Shown here: piece after piece, positions 7,420 to 13,354 of the stretch
Position numbering within the stretch: position 1 is the first letter of the stretch
Layout of the letters: each line of letters begins with the position of its first letter
Assembly (NCBI GenBank): GCA_029856125.1
Contig: JAHQWJ010000150.1
Span: 1 to 13,354, forward strand
Length of the DNA stretch: 13,354 nucleotides
Origin: Promethearchaeia archaeon
GTDB taxonomy: Archaea > Asgardarchaeota > Lokiarchaeia > Sigyniarchaeales > SOKP01
Direction of reading: 5' to 3'
Made by a program: the position numbers and the translations under genes
The notes under the pieces: model-generated
Databases searched by the model: none
Told to the model about the DNA's origin: nothing
The model's input: the letters and a program-made list of their open reading frames with translations, nothing else

Positions 7420-8667
7420 ATGAAAAAAGATACTCGTAAGATAAAAGAAGATTATATAGCAGAAGAACCTCAACTCTGCAATCTTGATAGATCAAAAACA
7501 TATAAGGGATTAGTCGGAATTTATGTTGATGAAAGTTTAATTACTTTGATTGATGGTGAAAAGGGTAAGTTATATTATAGAGGATATCCACTTATGGACT
7601 TGGTAAACAATTCAAGCTTCGAAGAAGTCGCATACCTCTTAATTTATGGAAATTTACCTACAGTTTCTGAGCTCGAAATATTTAAAAATGAGTTAATAAA
7701 AGAGCGCACTATCCCTGACAGCATCGTGACAATTTTAAAGAGTTATCCTCGAAATACAACTCGAATTGAATTGTTAAGGACTTCGGTTTCTGCGTTGTCT
7801 CTTTATGACGCTGATGATTATGTATATACAGAAGAAGCAAACATTAGAAAGGGAATTAGAATAATAGCTAAAATTCCAACAATTCTCGCGTTTGCTCATA
7901 GAATTCAAGAAAACCTACCATTAGTAGAACCATCAGAAGACCTTTCTCATGCTGGAAATTACTATTATATGATGACTGGAAAGAAACCTAGCAAGGATTT
8001 TGAGAGAGCTTTCGATAAAATTCTCATTTGTCACGCAGACCATTCCATAAATTCATCGACATTCTCGTGTCGCGTAACTGTATCTACATTATCTGATATA
8101 TATAGTGGAATAACAAGCGCTATTGGAACCCTTAGAGGCCCATTACATGGTGGAGCGAACGAAAGAGTTGTTAGATTAATGCTCGAAGAGATTAAGAAAA
8201 AAGAAAATGTTATACCATGGGTTAAAAATAAGCTGGAGAATAAAGAAAAGGTTATGGGATTCGGTCACCGCGTCTATAAGACATGGGACCCACGTGCAGT
8301 TATCCTCCGAGCTTTATCCAAAGAATTTTGGGAAAAAGAAGAGAGTGGAGATATAGACAAAATCCCAGATCAGGAACACGAAGAACACCGTGGTGATATT
8401 GACAATATTTTTGAGATGACAGAAATGCTCACTGATTATATAATTAAAACAAAAAATATTTACCCGAATGTAGATTTATATTCTGCGGGATTACTTCACG
8501 TTTTAGGAATACCAACCCCATTATTCACGCCGTTATTTGCAGCGAGTAGATCCGCCGGATGGGTAGCTCACGCTCTCGAACAACTCAAAGACAATAAATT
8601 GATTAGACCGAGACTTCGATATATAGGTGAGTTAGATAAAAAATTCGTAAAAATTGAAGAAAGGTAA
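7420..8667 (+). CDS. gltA: Citrate synthase (Si-type; citrate/2-methylcitrate synthase family), tandem copy 2
   Basis: Same intact catalytic motifs (PLHGGANE, GFGHRVYK, PNVD); 415 aa, about 75% identical to copy 1 by hand alignment. Confidence 0.93.
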   Translation: MKKDTRKIKEDYIAEEPQLCNLDRSKTYKGLVGIYVDESLITLIDGEKGKLYYRGYPLMDLVNNSSFEEVAYLLIYGNLPTVSELEIFKNELIKERTIPDSIVTILKSYPRNTTRIELLRTSVSALSLYDADDYVYTEEANIRKGIRIIAKIPTILAFAHRIQENLPLVEPSEDLSHAGNYYYMMTGKKPSKDFERAFDKILICHADHSINSSTFSCRVTVSTLSDIYSGITSAIGTLRGPLHGGANERVVRLMLEEIKKKENVIPWVKNKLENKEKVMGFGHRVYKTWDPRAVILRALSKEFWEKEESGDIDKIPDQEHEEHRGDIDNIFEMTEMLTDYIIKTKNIYPNVDLYSAGLLHVLGIPTPLFTPLFAASRSAGWVAHALEQLKDNKLIRPRLRYIGELDKKFVKIEER

Positions 8668-8676
8668 GTAGATAAT

Positions 8677-11355
8677 ATGAACGAAATCGAAATTCAAAAT
8701 AAATTAAGAGAGAAAATCAATACTAAAGATGGTATTGCATCAATTTATAATCTTAAAAAATTAAAAGACCTTGATTTTGGAGACATAGATAAATTACCGT
8801 ATTCTTTAAGAATATTGCTTGAGAATGTTATTCGTAATTTAGATGGAGAAGTTGTAACTGAAGAAAGTTTTCTTGCTCTCTCCAACTGGGTGCCAAATCA
8901 AAAGGAAAAAAAAGAAATTCCTTATATTCCTTCAAGAGTCTTACTTCAAGACTTTACTGGCGTGCCCGCTGTTGTTGATCTCGCAGCTTTAAGATCAGCT
9001 GTAAAAAGAGCAGGAGGAAATCCTAATAAGATTAATCCTCTTATCCCAGTAGATTTAGTTATTGACCATTCAATCCAAGTTGATTATTACGGGACTAACG
9101 ATGCACTAAAATTGAATGAAGAGAAGGAATTCGAGCGCAATTATGAGCGATATGTATTTTTAAAATGGGCTCAAACAGTTTTTAACAACTTTCGTGTAGT
9201 TCCTACAAGTAGAGGGATATGTCATCAAGTAAATTTAGAATATCTTGCTTCTGTTGTTCAATTAAGAGAAAATAAAGGCGAGAGATATGCATTTCCAGAT
9301 ACATTAGTAGGTACTGACTCACATACCACAATGATTAATGGATTGGGTGTTTTAGGATGGGGCGTTGGGGGGATTGAGGCTGAAGCTGTCATTTTAGGTC
9401 AGCCATACTATATGAATATTCCCGAAGTAGTTGGTGTTAAATTAGTTGGCGAACCACAAGAGGGAATTACTGCTACTGATGTAGTCCTCACTATTACTCA
9501 AATTCTTAGAGCCCACGGTGTAGTTGGTAAGTTTGTCGAATTCTATGGACCAAGTCTCGATAAGTTAAAGCTACCAGATCGAGCTACTATTGCAAATATG
9601 GCCCCCGAATACGGCGCGACGATGGGATTCTTTCCTGTAGATGATAATACCATAGATTATCTCATTTTGAGTGGTCGTGAAAAAGAGCACATTGAATTTG
9701 TAAGAGATTATTTAAAAAAAGTAGGTCTTTATTATGGTTCATCCTCAGCAACTCCAAATTATAGTGAAACCTTAGAAATTAATTTAACCGAAATAGAACC
9801 TAGTTTAGCAGGACCAAAGAGACCACAAGATAGAATTTCTCTTAAGGATATGAGGAAAGAATTTACCAATCAACTAAAAACTTCTTATGCCAAACCAGAC
9901 GAAGTAGACTTAATAGCTGGTATTGATTCAGACATCCTGAAACATGGGTCAATTGTTATAGCGGCAATCACATCTTGCACAAATACTTCCAATCCTTCAG
10001 TTATGGTTGGAGCAGGAATGATTGCGAAAGCTGCTGCCGAGAAGGGGTTAAAAGTTAAAAAGCATGTTAAAACCAGTTTTGCTCCTGGATCTCGAGTTGT
10101 TAGAGATTATTTAGAGAGCGCTGGATTACTACCTTATCTTGAAGAATTGGGATTTAATATTGTTGGTTATGGTTGTACCACTTGCATTGGAAATAGTGGA
10201 CCACTCTCTAGTGATATAATTAAAGAAATCGAAGATAGAGATCTTGTAGTCGCTTCCGTTCTTAGCGGTAATCGCAACTTCGAAGGCAGAATTAATCCTT
10301 ATACCAAAACAAATTATTTAGCTTCACCTCCCTTAGTAGTTGCTTACGCTATAGCTGGTACTGTCGCGATTGATTTAGAAACAGAACCTTTAGGATTTGA
10401 TGCAGTTGGAAATCCCGTCTACCTCAAAGATATATGGCCCTCTCACGCTGAATGTCAACAAATCTACACGAGCAATGTTAGCCCTGAGCAATTTAATAAG
10501 GAGTACGGAGAGATTTTTAAAGGCTGGGATTTATGGAATAATTTAAACCCATCAAAAGAGAATGTTTATCAATGGGAAGAAGATTCCACTTACATTAGAG
10601 AACCTCCTTTCTTTGTAGATTTTCCTCTGGATACTCCTCCCCTTACAGATATAAATAACGCTAAAATTCTTGCTATTCTAGGCGAAAGTGTTACTACTGA
10701 TCATATTTCTCCTGCTGGAGCGATTCCAGAAGATATGCCTGCAGGAAGGTATTTAATCTCAAAAGGGATTGAACCTAAAGATTTCAATTCGTTTGGCTCA
10801 AGAAGAGGGAACGATCAGGTTATGGCGAGAGGTACCTTTGGGAACATAAGAATTAGGAATCTTCTTGTTGATCGAGAAGGAGGTTGGACAAAATACCATC
10901 CAACAGGAGAAGTTATGCCAATATATGACGCGGCAATGAAGTACATCGCTTCTGAAACACCCTTGATCGTTATTGCAAAAACTGATTATGGAATGGGAAG
11001 CTCTCGAGACTGGGCTGCTAAAGGAACTCAACTCCAAGGAGTAAAAGCAGTTATCGTCGAATCATTTGAAAGAATTCACAGAAGCAATTTAGTAGGCATG
11101 GGGATTTTACCACTACAATTCAAAGATGGGGATACTGCAGCAAATTTAGGATTAGATGGAACTGAAACGATAGACATTTCTGGAGTCAAGAATGTGAAAC
11201 CTTTATCTGAATTACGAGTTAGCGCAACTAAACAAAATGGAGATATTATTTCATTTTATGTTATTGTTAGACTCGATAACAAAGTCGATCTTGAATATTA
11301 TCAAAATCTTGGGATACTACACACAGTATTAAGAAAAATGCTAAAAGAAAAATAA
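8677..11355 (+). CDS. acnA: Aconitate hydratase A (AcnA/IRP family)
   Basis: Motifs LPYSLRILLEN, QDFTGVPAVVDLAA, IDHSIQVD, GTDSHT, [4Fe-4S] ligands in ITSCTNTSNP and GYGCTTCIGNSG, SGNRNFEGR, TTDHISPAG and GSSRDWAAKG. Confidence 0.97.
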   Translation: MNEIEIQNKLREKINTKDGIASIYNLKKLKDLDFGDIDKLPYSLRILLENVIRNLDGEVVTEESFLALSNWVPNQKEKKEIPYIPSRVLLQDFTGVPAVVDLAALRSAVKRAGGNPNKINPLIPVDLVIDHSIQVDYYGTNDALKLNEEKEFERNYERYVFLKWAQTVFNNFRVVPTSRGICHQVNLEYLASVVQLRENKGERYAFPDTLVGTDSHTTMINGLGVLGWGVGGIEAEAVILGQPYYMNIPEVVGVKLVGEPQEGITATDVVLTITQILRAHGVVGKFVEFYGPSLDKLKLPDRATIANMAPEYGATMGFFPVDDNTIDYLILSGREKEHIEFVRDYLKKVGLYYGSSSATPNYSETLEINLTEIEPSLAGPKRPQDRISLKDMRKEFTNQLKTSYAKPDEVDLIAGIDSDILKHGSIVIAAITSCTNTSNPSVMVGAGMIAKAAAEKGLKVKKHVKTSFAPGSRVVRDYLESAGLLPYLEELGFNIVGYGCTTCIGNSGPLSSDIIKEIEDRDLVVASVLSGNRNFEGRINPYTKTNYLASPPLVVAYAIAGTVAIDLETEPLGFDAVGNPVYLKDIWPSHAECQQIYTSNVSPEQFNKEYGEIFKGWDLWNNLNPSKENVYQWEEDSTYIREPPFFVDFPLDTPPLTDINNAKILAILGESVTTDHISPAGAIPEDMPAGRYLISKGIEPKDFNSFGSRRGNDQVMARGTFGNIRIRNLLVDREGGWTKYHPTGEVMPIYDAAMKYIASETPLIVIAKTDYGMGSSRDWAAKGTQLQGVKAVIVESFERIHRSNLVGMGILPLQFKDGDTAANLGLDGTETIDISGVKNVKPLSELRVSATKQNGDIISFYVIVRLDNKVDLEYYQNLGILHTVLRKMLKEK

Positions 11356-11383
11356 AAAAATTTTACCCAGGAAAATATTAGAT

Positions 11384-12832
11384 TTAAAAAAGAAAACTTA
11401 ATCCCCAAGCACTTAACAAAATTATAATTGTTATAATTGAAAAGAGTCTGACCACTAACAAGATCCCCCTTTTCTTACTGCGCGAATCGAATAATTTTAC
11501 CTTAGATTTATCAATTCCTAGCTTTTTTAACACATTTTCAGTGAATTTAGTGTCCCATCCGCAATTTTCCAAATTTCCATAACCAATTTGTTTTCCTGAG
11601 CGATCTGTAACTAGCACTCCTCCTTCATAGGCGTACCCTCCACCGGCCCATTCCATCCGTTGATCTTGCGTTAAAGGAGAAATAAAAAAATCGCCTACGG
11701 GGGTATTGATAAACTCAAACTTTGTTGGATATTTTGAACCTTCTAAATGAGTATATTCCAAAATTCTCAATTGCAATTCTGGTATTGATTCTTGTTTACC
11801 TTCTGGACTTAAATATTGAGAAAGTTGTTTCTTAGGATTAAAGAATTCGTTTTGAGGAAGTGCTTTAACACCAGCAGCTACGGTAGTTATAAATGATCCA
11901 TCATCGAAATGGAAACCAAACCAACTTTCAAAACCGTATAAACCAAAACCAGCATCTAAAAATCTGAATTTTACACCCAGAGCGTATAAAAAATCACATA
12001 TATTTTGAAGTTTTTTGGTAAGTGGTCTTCCTATAGTTCCCCATTCATGGTCTATACCAAAGCTTCCATCTAAAACAGTAAAATCCTCGTTTTTATATTT
12101 GAGTTTTCCAGATGTATGAAAAAATGGTGCGGTATAATATCCATAAGCAATTCCGTTCTCAGTATCTCCCATATAACCAGTACCTGATTGAAGAACAATA
12201 GGATCCTTTTTTATTAATTTAAAATCTATTGCGATTCCGTTTTGGTTGTTTTTTCCAATAATTCGAAGTGTTTCAAAATAATTTTCATCGTCTTGAAGAG
12301 ATACTAGTTCAAGGTTATGTGTTTTGATAATAAACTTCCTAAGTTCCGGATCAGGGAGTTCAAGTGTATTATTATAATTCCATACGGCAACTGGTTTTGA
12401 TTGAATATGAGTCTTGTCTTTAGAAACAAGTGAAAAATGAGTTTCAAGAATCATTTTTTGATTTCCGGGTTCAATCCTGCGAAAAAAAAAGCAAAATATG
12501 CAGCTAAAATAAATAGGCTCTCCCACATGATTACCACTCGTATCAGTCTTCACGCATTTAAGATATCCCCCTCCCATATACCATTCCAACGCCAAATTTT
12601 CATGTGTATAGTGATCTTTTGGAAATTGTAGAGGAATTTCTTCTGTTATTCTTTCAAATCCATCGGCATTAGTCTTCCCTATCGACCCCGTTCCGATTAA
12701 ACAGTTAACGGATATCGCCTGTTCTGGGGTAATATCCTCTTGAATTGCATTGAGAAGGATTTCTCTCCGTTCCCCATCCATCAATTTCTCAACACGAGAT
12801 TTCATAATTTCAGATAATTTGCTCATTTTCAT
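11384..12832 (-). CDS. CrtC/AttH-like (lipocalin-like double barrel; carotenoid 1,2-hydratase-related) protein with a C-terminal transmembrane helix
   Basis: FPKDHYTH...EWY resembles the AttH-type FPxDHxxHxxxxxEWWY; also YGYYTAP, IDHEWG, WFGFHFDDG, YP..F, PL..DQ, YEG.V and GYGNLE.CGW, the ordered motifs of this family. It ends in RSKKRG plus a hydrophobic stretch of about 26 aa. Alternative start at 12826. Confidence 0.7.
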   Translation of the reverse strand: MKMSKLSEIMKSRVEKLMDGERREILLNAIQEDITPEQAISVNCLIGTGSIGKTNADGFERITEEIPLQFPKDHYTHENLALEWYMGGGYLKCVKTDTSGNHVGEPIYFSCIFCFFFRRIEPGNQKMILETHFSLVSKDKTHIQSKPVAVWNYNNTLELPDPELRKFIIKTHNLELVSLQDDENYFETLRIIGKNNQNGIAIDFKLIKKDPIVLQSGTGYMGDTENGIAYGYYTAPFFHTSGKLKYKNEDFTVLDGSFGIDHEWGTIGRPLTKKLQNICDFLYALGVKFRFLDAGFGLYGFESWFGFHFDDGSFITTVAAGVKALPQNEFFNPKKQLSQYLSPEGKQESIPELQLRILEYTHLEGSKYPTKFEFINTPVGDFFISPLTQDQRMEWAGGGYAYEGGVLVTDRSGKQIGYGNLENCGWDTKFTENVLKKLGIDKSKVKLFDSRSKKRGILLVVRLFSIITIIILLSAWGLSFLF

Positions 12833-12950
12833 CCCTTTAAGATTAATTTTTATCTTAACATATTGATTTCAAATTTAATTAATTATTATAAAAGATAAGA
12901 AAAATATTTATTCTTTCTTTTTGAAAAAACAACTATATAATTATGGTATT

Positions 12951-13354
12951 ATGGAAGAAAAAAGTGAGATTAGAACGATTAGAACGGCTTGTCCACAACA
13001 TTGCGGAATAGACTGTTGTGGTATTTTAGCACATGTTAAAGGAGACCGAGTTATTAAGTTAGAACCTGCGGATTTTCCTGATGAAAGAGATAGACGTATC
13101 TGCCTTAGAGGTCTATCTAGTTTAGACATAACTTATCATCCGGATAGATTGAAATACCCCATGAAAAGAGTTGGAGCGCGAGGAGAGGGAAAGTTTGAAA
13201 GAATTTCTTGGGACGAAGCATATGATGAAATTGTTAAAAATTTCGAAAAAATTGCTAAAGAACATGGTTGGAGAGCAATTGGCTGGGTTTTAGGTGGTCC
13301 TGGAGCTGGTACCACAAAATTTGGAGCATATCTTAGAATTGCAAGTTTAACGCA
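12951..13354 (+). CDS. Molybdopterin (bis-MGD) oxidoreductase catalytic subunit, DMSO reductase family; N-terminal part, runs off the window end
   Basis: Absent from the ORF track; hand translation gives MEEKSEIRTIRTACPQHCGIDCCGILAHVKGDRVIKL...RICLRG...YHPDRLKYPMKRVGARGEGKFERISWDEA. It contains the FS0 [4Fe-4S] Cys motif and the family-typical RLKYPMKR...GEGKFERISWDEA. Confidence 0.93.
   Translation, partial: MEEKSEIRTIRTACPQHCGIDCCGILAHVKGDRVIKLEPADFPDERDRRICLRGLSSLDITYHPDRLKYPMKRVGARGEGKFERISWDEAYDEIVKNFEKIAKEHGWRAIGWVLGGPGAGTTKFGAYLRIASLT

Noticed and set aside
5965-11355. Methylcitrate cycle operon (prpC-acnD)
   Set aside because: The aconitase has the AcnA-type CTTCIGNSG rather than the AcnD-type CTTCNGMSG, and no prpB, prpD or prpF is in the window. 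Methylcitrate synthase activity of one copy remains possible.
12482-12490. A9 homopolymer (also A9 at 2813-2821) as a phase-variation tract
   Set aside because: Reading frames are intact and such runs are frequent in AT-rich coding DNA.
2972-12631. Other small nested ORFs (2972-3154, 5032-5214, 5049-5255, 5162-5404, 10798-11037, 12437-12631)
   Set aside because: They lie entirely within strong genes in other frames or strands and show no motif support.
12968-12986. 9-nt tandem duplication GATTAGAAC x2 (IRT-IRT)
   Set aside because: Real, but a small in-frame slippage in a variable N-terminus with no evident function.
12941-13129. 62-aa minus-strand ORF from the ORF track
   Set aside because: Antisense to the clearly recognisable molybdopterin oxidoreductase starting at 12951.

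Overview
AT-rich, gene-dense metabolic window, probably from an archaeon (inferred from GGTGA/GAGGT ribosome-binding motifs, BRE/TATA-like boxes, oligo-T tracts and no GC-rich terminator hairpins). Gene order: partial aldo/keto reductase (-); ThDP/FAD pyruvate-oxidase-like enzyme with an N-terminal rubredoxin fusion (-); alpha/beta hydrolase (+); class II fumarase fumC (+); atypical FMN alpha-hydroxy-acid oxidase family protein (+); two tandem, intact citrate synthases of about 75% identity (+); aconitase acnA (+); CrtC/AttH lipocalin-like protein with a C-terminal membrane anchor (-); 5' end of a Tat-less molybdopterin oxidoreductase (+). The most notable unannotated structures are (1) a 41-bp element, 40/41 identical and bounded by complementary arms, starting 49 nt upstream of both citrate synthase start codons, (2) a 14-codon relic of the acnA 5' end behind the first citrate synthase, and (3) the rubredoxin-fused oxidase next to the oxygen-tolerant TCA isoenzymes. 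No RNA genes, CRISPR arrays or mobile elements were recognised.
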